Positions 8,717-18,537 of a stretch of 64,000 bases of DNA are shown here, piece after piece. Location of the stretch: contig CAVWIP010000012.1 of the NCBI GenBank assembly GCA_963755125.1, positions 192,001-256,000 on the forward strand, given 5' to 3'. A program made the position numbers and the translations under genes. A model generated the notes under the pieces. The model was not told the origin of the DNA, searched no databases, and was given only the letters and a program-made list of their open reading frames with translations. The DNA is from an uncultured delta proteobacterium. GTDB lineage: Bacteria; Myxococcota_A; Polyangia; Fen-1088. How positions within the stretch are numbered: the first letter of the stretch is position 1; each line of letters starts with the position of its first letter.

Positions 8717-10378
8717 ATGCGTTCACAGCCTCTAGGTCCTCTCCTGCTCGCCTTATTCGCGGCTCATTTCGCGTATCCGAGTAGCCTTGCCTTCGCCAGC
8801 CCGCGTGAACGCCGCGCCGTGGTCTTCTACACTGCACAGACCCAGGGCACGCTTGAACCCTGTGGCTGCACGAGCGATCCGCTGGGCGACATCGCGCGCG
8901 TGACCGCACTGGTTCGTGGCTCCGCACGAGCTGGCGCTACCCTCTTGGTTGATGCCGGCAATCTGACGTACCCCGCAGGTGAAATTCCATCGCGCAGACA
9001 AGAGGCTGCTGATCTGGTGGCAAGTTTCTTGGCCCGCGAGATCACCCGTCTGCCTTTCGGTGGCTCGGCCCTCGGCGAGACGGATCTTGCATGCGGGGTC
9101 GCCAAGGTTCAGCCCAAACGCTTGGCCGCCAACCTCGACAACCTGGCTTTCGTCGAGCCGTCGCGCATCAGCCCGGTGGGAGGAATCAAGATCGGAGTCT
9201 TCGGGCTGGTGGACCCCGCCCTCGTGCGGGAGAAAGGGCTGCGCGCGGAAGAACCAGTGAGCGCCGCTCATGCCGAGGCCGACCGATTGCGCGCGTCCGG
9301 TGCCGAGATCGTGATCGCGCTGGCGCCGCTCGAACGCCAACAGGCACGGGCGGTGGCGCGCGAGGCGTCGGTTGACTTCGTGGTGCTGGGGAATGACGTC
9401 GGCGAGGGATCGTCACGCGCAGAGAAGGTCGGCCGTGCTTTCCTTCTGGTCCCAGGTTCTGAGATGCAGCGGGTGGGCAGGCTGCAGATCGTTCTTCGCC
9501 ATGATGACGGGCGCCCTTCCGGTGAACCCCTGCGCGATGCCGGCGGACCGGCTGCGAGTCGCATGCGCTCCGAGGAGGTCGGCCGCCAACTCCGACAGCT
9601 AGATGCCGAGCTTGCACGCTGGGAAGAAGACGCCAGCAGCGACCCAGCCTTTGTGGCGGCCAAGCGCGAGGAGCGAGCCGAACTGCGCGCCGAGGCCGCC
9701 CGGCTGGCCAGCACGCCGTGGTCAGCCCCAGCCAAAGGCTCGTATTTCATCAACGAGCTTGTGCCCATACGACGCAGCTTGGCCCGTGATCCTGCCCTGG
9801 CTGCCAGCATGCGGAGGCTTGACCAGGCGGTGGGTGCCGCCAACCTTCGAGTGGCAGAGCCACCTCCACCCGCCGAACCGGGCCAGGCCCACTTCTTGGG
9901 TGACGCTTCCTGCGTGCGCTGCCACAAGGCGGCGGTGCGGTTCTGCAAACGCACGGCCCACGCGCATGCGTGGAGAACCCTGCAAGCTGTGGGCAAGACA
10001 GGCCACGGCGACTGTGTTAGCTGCCATGTCACAGGCTACGGCGAGATGGGTGGGTCGAGCCTAGGGTTCAGCAAAGGCCTGGAGAACATCCAGTGCGAGG
10101 CTTGCCATGGCCCGGGCTCGATCCACGTCGAGAAGCGCGGGCTGGAGAAACCGCTCGCCCTGCGCACGCGCACACCCGAGTCGGTGTGCACGCGCTGCCA
10201 CAACGAGAAGCACTCCGACACCTTCCAGTACGAGGCCTATCTGCGCGACATCATCGGCCCCGGCCATGGCGAGGACGTACGCGACGATCTGGGCGCAGGA
10301 CCGACCGCCAGAGATCTGCGCCGAGCCGCCGCGAAGCGCGCGTCGATCTCTGCCAAGCAGCCGAAGGAATTGTGGTGA
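8717..10378 (+). CDS. Periplasmic protein: 5'-nucleotidase/metallophosphoesterase-like N-domain plus tetraheme c-type cytochrome (c554-like)
   Basis: Signal peptide, GTLEPCGC and LLVDAGN motifs, coiled-coil linker, four CxxCH motifs (CVRCH, CVSCH, CEACH, CTRCH). Confidence 0.8.
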   Translation: MRSQPLGPLLLALFAAHFAYPSSLAFASPRERRAVVFYTAQTQGTLEPCGCTSDPLGDIARVTALVRGSARAGATLLVDAGNLTYPAGEIPSRRQEAADLVASFLAREITRLPFGGSALGETDLACGVAKVQPKRLAANLDNLAFVEPSRISPVGGIKIGVFGLVDPALVREKGLRAEEPVSAAHAEADRLRASGAEIVIALAPLERQQARAVAREASVDFVVLGNDVGEGSSRAEKVGRAFLLVPGSEMQRVGRLQIVLRHDDGRPSGEPLRDAGGPAASRMRSEEVGRQLRQLDAELARWEEDASSDPAFVAAKREERAELRAEAARLASTPWSAPAKGSYFINELVPIRRSLARDPALAASMRRLDQAVGAANLRVAEPPPPAEPGQAHFLGDASCVRCHKAAVRFCKRTAHAHAWRTLQAVGKTGHGDCVSCHVTGYGEMGGSSLGFSKGLENIQCEACHGPGSIHVEKRGLEKPLALRTRTPESVCTRCHNEKHSDTFQYEAYLRDIIGPGHGEDVRDDLGAGPTARDLRRAAAKRASISAKQPKELW

Positions 10379-10451
10379 TACCGTCAGGGCCGGCGGGCCG
10401 GATCGGGTTCCGACCTCCAGCCTCCGGCGTCCTGCCTCCTGGGAGGCGGCG

Positions 10452-11447
10452 CTAGCCGTCGCGCTTCTTCGGCGACGAACCCGCGAGAATCTGATCGAGC
10501 AGGTCACTCTCGATGTTGCCCCCGCTGACCAGGACAACCACGCGACGACCCTGCACCGGGAGCTTGTCTTCCATGAGGCCGGCCAGCGCGACCGCTGCCG
10601 AGGCCTCGCACATGATGCCCAGGGACCGGTACGCGTACACGATGGCCTGGCGGATGCCCACCTCACTCGCCAAAGCAACCTCGGGGAAATAGTCCTTGGC
10701 CATAGCAAAGGTGCGCTCGCTAACCGCACCTTCCAGGCCCTCGGCCAGAGTGGGGCCGCCGTCGTATTGGGTGTAGGCTCGGCCATCCTCTAGCGAGCGC
10801 TTCATGGCGCAGTTGGCTTCAGGCGAGACGCCCAGCACGCGGATTCCGCGCGGAACCATTTCCACCCCCAACCCAGCCGCCAGGCCGCCGCCGCCCACCG
10901 GGGTCACCACCGTGTCCACGTCGGGAAGCTGGGCCAAGATCTCGCGTGCCAACACGCCTCCATTTCCCGCAATGACCCAGTCGTCGTCGAAAGCCGAGGC
11001 GAAGCTGAGCGAGGGATCGGCTGCCGCACGTCGGCGAGCCTCGGCTTCGGCTTGGTCATAGGACGCACCCGCGACCTCCAGCGCCGCGCCCAGCGCCAGG
11101 ATGCCGTCGCGCTTGCTTTGCGGTGTCTGGGCAGAGACCAGTACCCGGGCCTCGACCCCGAACGCACGGGCCGCCAGCGCTATGCCCAGCCCGTGGTTGC
11201 CCGCCGAGGCGGCGATGATGCGCTTCTTGCCTGCCTGGCACATCCCCGCTACGAACGCCGCAGCCCCGCGCAGCTTGAACGATCCGGTTCGCTGCAGCGA
11301 CTCGAGTTTGAGCCAAACATCCGCTCCGGTGCGGCGGCCCAACGCGGGCGCGGGAACGAGCGGCGTCACGCGCACCAGTCTGCGTACCCGTTCGGCGATG
11401 CTGCCGCCAGTGACTTCGGTCCAGATGTCTGGGTCGAACAGGCGCAT
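10452..11447 (-). CDS. PLP-dependent threonine/serine dehydratase (short form without ACT domain)
   Basis: LKLESLQRTGSFKLRGA, ASAGNHG, PVGGGGL, SGGN; start probably ATG 11447. Confidence 0.9.
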   Translation of the reverse strand: MRLFDPDIWTEVTGGSIAERVRRLVRVTPLVPAPALGRRTGADVWLKLESLQRTGSFKLRGAAAFVAGMCQAGKKRIIAASAGNHGLGIALAARAFGVEARVLVSAQTPQSKRDGILALGAALEVAGASYDQAEAEARRRAAADPSLSFASAFDDDWVIAGNGGVLAREILAQLPDVDTVVTPVGGGGLAAGLGVEMVPRGIRVLGVSPEANCAMKRSLEDGRAYTQYDGGPTLAEGLEGAVSERTFAMAKDYFPEVALASEVGIRQAIVYAYRSLGIMCEASAAVALAGLMEDKLPVQGRRVVVLVSGGNIESDLLDQILAGSSPKKRDG

Positions 11448-11532
11448 GGGGTCGATGCACGCTACCAGCGCAGCCCGCAAAACGCCACGTGTCTGCGTGC
11501 GTTCGGCCAGTGAGGGCGGTAGACCTAGATCG

Positions 11533-12618
11533 ATGCTCGACATCGACATTGCCCGGCTCGTGCGCTCGGGCCAGGTGGAAGCAAGCCGGGCCGAGCGCGT
11601 GCTCTGGCTGTGGAGCGAGATCCGCCGCCTCAAGCGAGAAAAGAACGCCTTCGTGCCCGCCCACAACTACCAGGTGCCGGAGGTGCAGGTTATTGCCGAC
11701 ACGGTCGGCGATTCCTTCGAGCTGGCGGTGCGCGCCCGCGACGTAAAAGCGCGCCTGGTGGTCTTCTGCGGTGTCCGCTTCATGGCCGAGGGCTGTACCA
11801 CCCTGGCTCCGGACGTGCCCGTCTACCTGCCGAACCAGCAGGCGCTCTGCTCGCTGGCGGAGATGGATGCAGACGATCTCGAGGAACGGCAGCAGTTCTT
11901 GCGCTCGCTTGGGCGCAAGTTCGCCACCATGACCTACGTGAACACCTACGCCAGCGTGAAGGCTCTGTCCGACGTGTGTTGCACCAGTTCCAACGCGGTG
12001 AAGATCGCCGACCGGCTGGGCGCGCCGGACCTGCTCTTCGTGCCCGACCAAAATCTCGCCTATCAGGTGGCGCTTCAGACCCGACGCATGTACCTGCCTC
12101 CGCCGGAGCCGCACCAGTTCCATCCGCGCGAGTACCTGGCGCGCGTCGAACCTCTGCTCCGAGAAGGCGAGCGCGCGGGTCTAGTCGGCAACATTTTCGC
12201 CTGGGAAGGCGCCTGTCACGTGCACCAGCAGATGACCCTGGCCGACATCGCCCATATCCGCCAGGAAGATCCCGAGGCCGTGGTCATCGTGCACGGCGAG
12301 GTGAAGCCCGAATTGCAGCAGGCCGCCGACGAGGTGATGTCGACCGCACAGATGGCCAAGTACGTCGCCAGCCATCCCGAGAAGAAACGCCTGGCCATCC
12401 TCACCGAGTGCGGCCTGGTGGTACGTCTGGAGCTGGAGCACCCCGACCGGCAGTTCTACAAGCCCTGCCGGCTGTGCGAGCACATGAAGGCCATCACCCT
12501 GGAGAGCGTCTACGAAACCCTGCGCGACGAGCCAGCCCACTGCCTGGTCACGGTTCCCGAGGGTGTGCGACAGCGCGCCGCGACCGCCATGCTGCGCATG
12601 ATCGAGCTTGCTGCGTGA
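11533..12618 (+). CDS. nadA: Quinolinate synthase A
   Basis: AHNYQ, GDS, FCGVRFMAE, CSLA, YVNT, CTSSNA, PDQNL, CHVH, CEHMK; the three Fe-S cysteines are present. Confidence 0.93.
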   Translation: MLDIDIARLVRSGQVEASRAERVLWLWSEIRRLKREKNAFVPAHNYQVPEVQVIADTVGDSFELAVRARDVKARLVVFCGVRFMAEGCTTLAPDVPVYLPNQQALCSLAEMDADDLEERQQFLRSLGRKFATMTYVNTYASVKALSDVCCTSSNAVKIADRLGAPDLLFVPDQNLAYQVALQTRRMYLPPPEPHQFHPREYLARVEPLLREGERAGLVGNIFAWEGACHVHQQMTLADIAHIRQEDPEAVVIVHGEVKPELQQAADEVMSTAQMAKYVASHPEKKRLAILTECGLVVRLELEHPDRQFYKPCRLCEHMKAITLESVYETLRDEPAHCLVTVPEGVRQRAATAMLRMIELAA

Positions 12619-12624
12619 ATCCCG

Positions 12625-13713
12625 CTACGGGAATACCAGCACGTTGCGCGAGCCGTAGCTGGCTACCAGCCCGTCGATGTGGCGCCTGACCAGATCGCGC
12701 CGGGCCACCACCGCCCGGATCTCGCTCGGGGTCAGGATCTGGTATTCGTCCTGGCTCGCCTGGGCGAGCATCTGCTCCATCGCCGGAACGGTGACCCGGT
12801 CGAGCGCCTGGTAGAGCTGGCGCGAGAATCGTTGTGTCCGGTGCAAGATCGAGCGCGTGTGCTCGTTGCCCTCGGGCTCGATGAAGAAAGACATGGTGTT
12901 GTCCATGAAGAGCAAGCGTGAGCCGTCAGGCAATGTCTTCATGTTCCCGCCACTGTAGCGGTCAGGGTTGGAGGTCAGAAAGTCGAAAACCACAAGCTGC
13001 GAGAGCTGGGCGGCCAGCGCGCGCTTGTCGATCGGAATGGGCTGCCCTTGCGTCAACCATTGCATGCTCTGCTGGATGCCGTCGGGTGTGTCCAAGTCCG
13101 AGTCCTTGATCTCGGGTACCCAGTACATGACCACACCCGCCGTCTTGCCCATCGGATTGAAAACCGTCTCGGCGCGGATGCGCGGCAAGGCCGCCAGGCT
13201 GTCGGGATGAAGGTGCGAAAAGATCTCCTCGCGGCTCACCATGCGAGGCGCCGCCGGCGGAACAGCATTGAGGCCCAGCAGACGGTTGAGCCGGTAGGCC
13301 GCCACTTCCTTGCGCGGGATGGTCCGCAAATCGGTCTGAGCCGGCTTGAAGGCCGCACGCGAGCCATCGGCGAGCTCGACCCGAAACGACAGCGTCGATC
13401 CCCCTTTGTTGAGCTTCATGCCCAGGATGGGCTGCGTGCGCACGCGCTCGATCAGCATCTCGTCGGACATGCCGAGGAAGGTCCCGGCCGGCTCCTCGAA
13501 GATGGCGGGGTTGGGCGGATTCGACAGCTCGCCGCGCGGCAGAAGCGTGGCGGAAACCGCCGGACCTGATGATCGATGGCCGAACAGTTGCCCCAACCTG
13601 TCAGTTCCGCCCTCGCTGAAGAAGTGCACCGATGCTCGGGCAAGCCATCCCGCGCCGACGAGAGCGCTCGCCAGCACCAGGGCTTCGGCCGCCACATATC
13701 GCCCGAGTCTCAC
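12625..13713 (-). CDS. Membrane-anchored atypical kinase-fold protein (Fam20/PI3-4K-like)
   Basis: N-terminal hydrophobic anchor; AAFKP, EVAAYRLNRLLGL, FDFLTSNPDR and MDN motifs. Confidence 0.65.
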   Translation of the reverse strand: MRLGRYVAAEALVLASALVGAGWLARASVHFFSEGGTDRLGQLFGHRSSGPAVSATLLPRGELSNPPNPAIFEEPAGTFLGMSDEMLIERVRTQPILGMKLNKGGSTLSFRVELADGSRAAFKPAQTDLRTIPRKEVAAYRLNRLLGLNAVPPAAPRMVSREEIFSHLHPDSLAALPRIRAETVFNPMGKTAGVVMYWVPEIKDSDLDTPDGIQQSMQWLTQGQPIPIDKRALAAQLSQLVVFDFLTSNPDRYSGGNMKTLPDGSRLLFMDNTMSFFIEPEGNEHTRSILHRTQRFSRQLYQALDRVTVPAMEQMLAQASQDEYQILTPSEIRAVVARRDLVRRHIDGLVASYGSRNVLVFP

Positions 13714-13760
13714 CAGATAATTCTAGGGCCTGACGCGGGCGAGCACAAACAAGGTTGAAC

Positions 13761-14870
13761 TTAGTTGTCCAATGCCTGCTGAATCGCCGCGTCGATCTCG
13801 GCCCTGCGCCTGTGCCCGACCATGACCCTGCGAATGACTCCATCGCGGCCGATGATGACCAGGTGGGGCAACGAAACCACCCGGTACAGCCCGCCGACCT
13901 CTTGGTCGTCGAGGAGATTCGGGTAGGGCGCCGGGTACTGCCGCAAGAAGTCCTGGATCTCGGTTTGGTCGGCCATGGATCCCTCCGAGCTGATGGCCAA
14001 GAACTCTACGCCCTGCGACCGCCGCGCACTGTAAATCTCGTGGAGCGTGGGCGCGAGTGCGATGCATGGCGGACACCAGCGAGCCCAGAAATCGAGCAGG
14101 ACGACTTTGCCCCTCAGCTCCGCAAGCGCCACGCTGCCCGGCTTTCCGTCGATGCGCGGGAGCACGAAAGCGGGCGCGACAACCCCGCGGCCGACCGGCG
14201 CAATCGCATCGCGGTTGTGGCTGAGCCAGACGATGTTCAGGGTGAGCGCGCCGGCGAGAATGCCGCCCAGGACCGAGGCAGCCACGCGCATGCGCCTGGG
14301 CGGGTCCACCTGCCCTGGCGCAGGCACGGGTGAGCCGCCCGCGCCTTGCACTCGGGACGTACGGCTGCGTGCCAGCCGAATCCCGATGACAAGAATCACC
14401 AGGGCCCAGGCCAGCCCGACCACGGGAATCGCCGGGCCCAGCACGCCCGCAGCAGCCGGGAACAGCGAGCCGGCCAGCTCGGCCAGACCCGAAAGCAAGA
14501 GGTAGGGAATGCTGCAGGCTGCGCCCAACTCGGCGTCAAGCACCGGGTCGCGGCGGCCCCGGCCAGCCAGGACGGTGGTGGCGATTGCAGCCGGCAGCGC
14601 TATCAGCATGGCCGGCCGCAGATCCTGACCGACGATACTCAGAAGTTGCGCCAGAGTGCCGGCAAGGGATGCCTCGCGCAGCATGAGCACCGCGCGCGCC
14701 ACGACCGGAAGGCGAAAACACAGCACGCCGAGCAGCAAGATCACCAAGGCATCGCCCACTCCACCGCGCTCCCACACTTGAATATCGGCCAGTGCGCGTC
14801 CGGGCGACACGATGAGAGTGCCCACACGGAGCAAGAGCCCCGACCTGACGTTGCTTCGACCTTCGGTCAT
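13761..14870 (-). CDS. Multi-TM (Yip1-like) membrane protein fused to a TlpA-like thioredoxin
   Basis: Several hydrophobic segments followed by GKVVLLDFWARWCPPC and SLPHLVIIGRDG. Confidence 0.8.
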   Translation of the reverse strand: MTEGRSNVRSGLLLRVGTLIVSPGRALADIQVWERGGVGDALVILLLGVLCFRLPVVARAVLMLREASLAGTLAQLLSIVGQDLRPAMLIALPAAIATTVLAGRGRRDPVLDAELGAACSIPYLLLSGLAELAGSLFPAAAGVLGPAIPVVGLAWALVILVIGIRLARSRTSRVQGAGGSPVPAPGQVDPPRRMRVAASVLGGILAGALTLNIVWLSHNRDAIAPVGRGVVAPAFVLPRIDGKPGSVALAELRGKVVLLDFWARWCPPCIALAPTLHEIYSARRSQGVEFLAISSEGSMADQTEIQDFLRQYPAPYPNLLDDQEVGGLYRVVSLPHLVIIGRDGVIRRVMVGHRRRAEIDAAIQQALDN

Positions 14871-14889
14871 CAACGCTCTCTGCGCTGGG

Positions 14890-16039
14890 CTACTGCCGCC
14901 CATGCTCGCGCTGCTGAAGCAGCTTCTTGGCCGCTGTCGCAAGTGCGCCCGGAATGTTGCGCGAACGCGCGATATTGCGCAGGTCGTCCTGGTGCAAGTA
15001 AGGCAAGAAACGCAGCGACGAGCCGAGCGGGCACTTGGGGTTGCTCACCAAGGCCATCTTCACGGGATAATCCTTGCTGCACTCGCGGCTGTTCGCGATG
15101 TAGCGAATCACGTCGTCGCACACGTTGGTGCTGCCCGCGAACTGCCTGATCTCCATGTCCGTGATCTGCGGTGAACGAATGACAGTCATGGCCACCAGCT
15201 TGTTGCTGTCGCGGACCAGCATCTTGCGGCAGTAGGCGTTCCCGATGGTCGCGAGTCGGATCTTCTCGAAGATCCTGAGCTGGTCGAACTTGATGAATGA
15301 CATCCCGGACGCTCGCTCCTTCTCTTCGGCCACCGCCTCCTCGTCGAACAACTCCTCGGCATCCCCGGACGCCTCATCGATTCCCGAAGCAGCCTCGGCC
15401 GCGGTTATCGCGGCCTGGAAGCGACCGTCGGTGGCTGCCCCATCCGTGGCTTCGGGATCCTGGCGAATCGCATTGACGATCTCGTCAAAGGCGGGGATGC
15501 CCTCCAGACGAACTCCGTTGCGCGCGCACAACTCCACCGCCCTGTTGACCGAGGACATGCGCGCTCGCTTGTTGAAGAACAGCGCCTCCACGATGGGCGG
15601 GCAGCGCAACAGTCGCACTTCGTTCTGGAAAATGATCTCAAGCAAGCTTTCGCCAAGACGGCCGGCCAGCATGACGAATGTTCTGGTCGGCGGTGGCCGG
15701 GTTGTAGAGGATCCTCTCCAGCACGGCCGTGCGCTGGTCGGGCAGACGCGCGGCAAAAAAGTGCAGCAAGGGCGCAGGCAATGCCTCGCCCAGGGGCGGG
15801 TTGATGACGTTGTCAGGGAAGCTCGCCGGTGCAGCCTCAGCGGCCGTTCGGATCGCCGGCTCAGCGTCGAATGACAGCTGGTAGATGGCCACCAGCAGCT
15901 CGGCCGGCCGCAGCGGCGCCATGCCCCGCACCGCCAGCAGCTTGGCCGTGGGCGCGCCGGCAACCAAGCTGGCCACGGCCGGCGATAGGCTGGCCACCGG
16001 TAGCGGCTGGAGTTGCAGGGATTCGCCTTGACTAGACAT
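14890..16039 (-). CDS. Conserved helical-repeat hypothetical protein, split by a 1-nt frameshift near 15681
   Basis: ORF 15638..16039 (..LERILYNPATADQ) joins the frame of 14890..15963 (TFVMLAGR..) if one A is removed. Its start overlaps the coaX stop. C-terminal KIRLATIGN..LVRDSNKLV..ALVSNPKCP. Confidence 0.7.
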
Positions 16040-16799
16040 GGTTTCGCTCGAACAGGATGCGCAAGCCTCGCAGGGTTAGGAGCTCGTCACACTCTTCGAT
16101 AGTAGACGAGTCCCGCGCCACGAGGGTGGCCAGGCCGCCCGTGGCGACCACCATCGGTGCATAGTTCATTTCCGCACGGATCCGGTTGACCAGAGCGTCG
16201 ACCATGCCCGCATAGCCAAAAACCAGGCCGGCCTGGATGCTGGCCACGGTGTTGGTGCCCACCACGCGCTTTGGCCTGGCGATCTCCACCCGAGGAAGAC
16301 GCGCGGTGGACCGATACAGCGCATCGGCCGATACGATGAGGCCGGGGGCGATGATTCCGCCGGCGTACTCCCCGCGCGCCGTGATCGCGTCAAAGGTGGT
16401 GGCGGTGCCGAAGTCGACCACGATGGCCCCCTGCGGCCAACGCGCATAGGCGGCCACCGCGTTCACTATGCGATCCGCGCCCAGATCGCGCGGGTTCTCG
16501 TAGAGGACGGCCATCCCGGTCTTCATACCTGGCCCAACGACCAAGGCTGCGACGCCGAAGTAGCGCACAAACAACCGTTCCATGGGCGCGGTGGCGGGAG
16601 GGACGACGGACGATATAATGGCCTCCGTGACCTGCCGCATGGTCAGGCCTTGCAGTTCAAGCAACCCCGACAGGATTGCTGCGTACTCATCTGCCGTGCG
16701 TTCGACTCGGGTTTCCACGCGCCAGTCGAAACGCAAGGCTTCTCCCTCGAACAGGCCGAGGGCCGTATGAGTGTTTCCAATGTCAACCGCGAGCAGCAT
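16032..16799 (-). CDS. coaX: Type III pantothenate kinase
   Basis: MLLAVDIGNTHT, SSVVP, GADR, VDFGTATT, GGIIAPG, ATGG. Confidence 0.96.
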   Translation of the reverse strand: MLLAVDIGNTHTALGLFEGEALRFDWRVETRVERTADEYAAILSGLLELQGLTMRQVTEAIISSVVPPATAPMERLFVRYFGVAALVVGPGMKTGMAVLYENPRDLGADRIVNAVAAYARWPQGAIVVDFGTATTFDAITARGEYAGGIIAPGLIVSADALYRSTARLPRVEIARPKRVVGTNTVASIQAGLVFGYAGMVDALVNRIRAEMNYAPMVVATGGLATLVARDSSTIEECDELLTLRGLRILFERNHV

Positions 16800-16891
16800 G
16801 GGGGCTGGATGATTGTATCTGTATCTGCGCGCCAGTGCATGTCCGAGCGGACTTTGTGGGATGCGGCTTTTCCAGCTGGACGGGGAGCCGC

Positions 16892-18511
16892 TTGAGACGA
16901 AGGAGACTGACCGTCGAGATCTCCGGGCTGGTCGGGGCCGGCGGCGGTTCGCGTTGGCGGCCTCGTTTTCCGTCAGGAATCACCCTCCTGGCTCTGGTGG
17001 CCGGGTTGATCTTTGGCGGCTGCTGGCTTCTCGATGCCTACTGGCTCGGCGAGAGAACCGGCCCGTCCCAGCACCTGGGCCCGCTGCAGCTCCTGCTCGA
17101 CCTGGATGCGGGAACCCTGCAAAACGAGTTGGGCGCCCTCGCCCAGATCATCGTCGCAGTTCTCGGCATCGCCATCACCGTGGTTTCCATCGTGGTCCAA
17201 CTGGCTGCGACCCGCTACAGCCCCCGTATCGCGGACATGTTCTTCCGCGACAAGACCAACCTGGCCATCATGGGATTCTTCGTGGTGGCCTGTCTCAACG
17301 CAGTCTGGGTCACGTTGGCGGTCAGCAGCAACTACGTCCCGCGCGCTACCATCGTGATGACCCTGACGATGACGAGCGCCAGCGTTTTGCTGCTCATCCC
17401 TTACTTCGCCTACGTATTCGACTTCCTCGACCCCGGCAAGGTGATCGTACGTATCGGCCAGCATGTGCTCGATGCGGCCTTGGGCCGTCGGGTGGGCCGC
17501 AAGGCCGCGCACGACTTGGCCGCGCGCCAGGCCATGAGTATCGGCGCGATGGAACATCTTTCCGATGTCGCCGTCAATGCCGTTGCTCAGAAGGATAAGA
17601 TTATCGCCTCCCACGCCACCGCAGCCCTGCGCGAGGCCGTGGTCCGCTACCAGCTCATCAAGGCGAGCCTGCCCGTCGAATGGTTTGCCGTGGGCCCCCG
17701 CATTCGCAGCAACCCTGACTTCATTGCCATGGAGCCGGAGTCACTGCGCGAGATGGAGCGCGAGCGACTGTGGTTCGAATGGAAGGTGCTGCGCCACTTT
17801 CGCAGCGTCTTTGCCGAGTCGCTCAACCATCTTTCCGAGATGGCGCACGTGGTGGCCATCGAGACCCGCTACGTAGGCGAGGCGGCCCTGCAGCGCGATG
17901 ATCGCGCCGTGGTTGCGGTCGTGGTGAAGTACTTCAACACCTACCTGCGCGGGGCGCTCAACAGCCACGATGTGCGCGCTTGCTACAACATCCTCAACCA
18001 ATACCGTCTGCTGGCCGAGCTTCTGCTTCGGCAGGGCGGGTCCGATCTGGCGCTGGGTATTGCGCGCCACTTTGCCTACTATGGCCAGGTCGCCCGCGGC
18101 GCCGGGATGGGATTCGTCACCGAGACTTCGGCCCACGATCTGGGCGCGTTGTGCGAGCGCGCCTTCGAGCTTGCCTCTCCAGCGCATGACGCCATGCTGG
18201 GGATCTTTCTGGAAGTGGACAAGGAGGCCGAAACCACGTCTGACGAGAAGGCCCTGCGGGGCGTGCGCAAGGCTCAGGTTAAACTGGCTACCTACTACTT
18301 GGTCCGTGGGGCCGACGCCTACGCAGAGCGCATCTGCGACGACATGCGCTCGGAGAGCCCCGAGCGCCTCGCCTCGATTCGTGCCGAGATGCTTCGCATC
18401 CACGCCAAGGACTTCTGGGAGGTCACGGATCGCGGCGTCAATTTCGACTACCTGGACGATTCCCGCAAGGAAAAGCTCGACCAGTTCTTCGACGGTCTAA
18501 GTTTGAGGTAG
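16892..18511 (+). CDS. DUF2254-like membrane protein
   Basis: N-terminal TM helices with IVVQLAATRYSPR, then a soluble helical domain; start uncertain (TTG 16892 after GGGGAG). Confidence 0.7.
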   Translation: MRRRRLTVEISGLVGAGGGSRWRPRFPSGITLLALVAGLIFGGCWLLDAYWLGERTGPSQHLGPLQLLLDLDAGTLQNELGALAQIIVAVLGIAITVVSIVVQLAATRYSPRIADMFFRDKTNLAIMGFFVVACLNAVWVTLAVSSNYVPRATIVMTLTMTSASVLLLIPYFAYVFDFLDPGKVIVRIGQHVLDAALGRRVGRKAAHDLAARQAMSIGAMEHLSDVAVNAVAQKDKIIASHATAALREAVVRYQLIKASLPVEWFAVGPRIRSNPDFIAMEPESLREMERERLWFEWKVLRHFRSVFAESLNHLSEMAHVVAIETRYVGEAALQRDDRAVVAVVVKYFNTYLRGALNSHDVRACYNILNQYRLLAELLLRQGGSDLALGIARHFAYYGQVARGAGMGFVTETSAHDLGALCERAFELASPAHDAMLGIFLEVDKEAETTSDEKALRGVRKAQVKLATYYLVRGADAYAERICDDMRSESPERLASIRAEMLRIHAKDFWEVTDRGVNFDYLDDSRKEKLDQFFDGLSLR

Positions 18512-18537
18512 ACTACTCATTTACAGATGACTCCACG

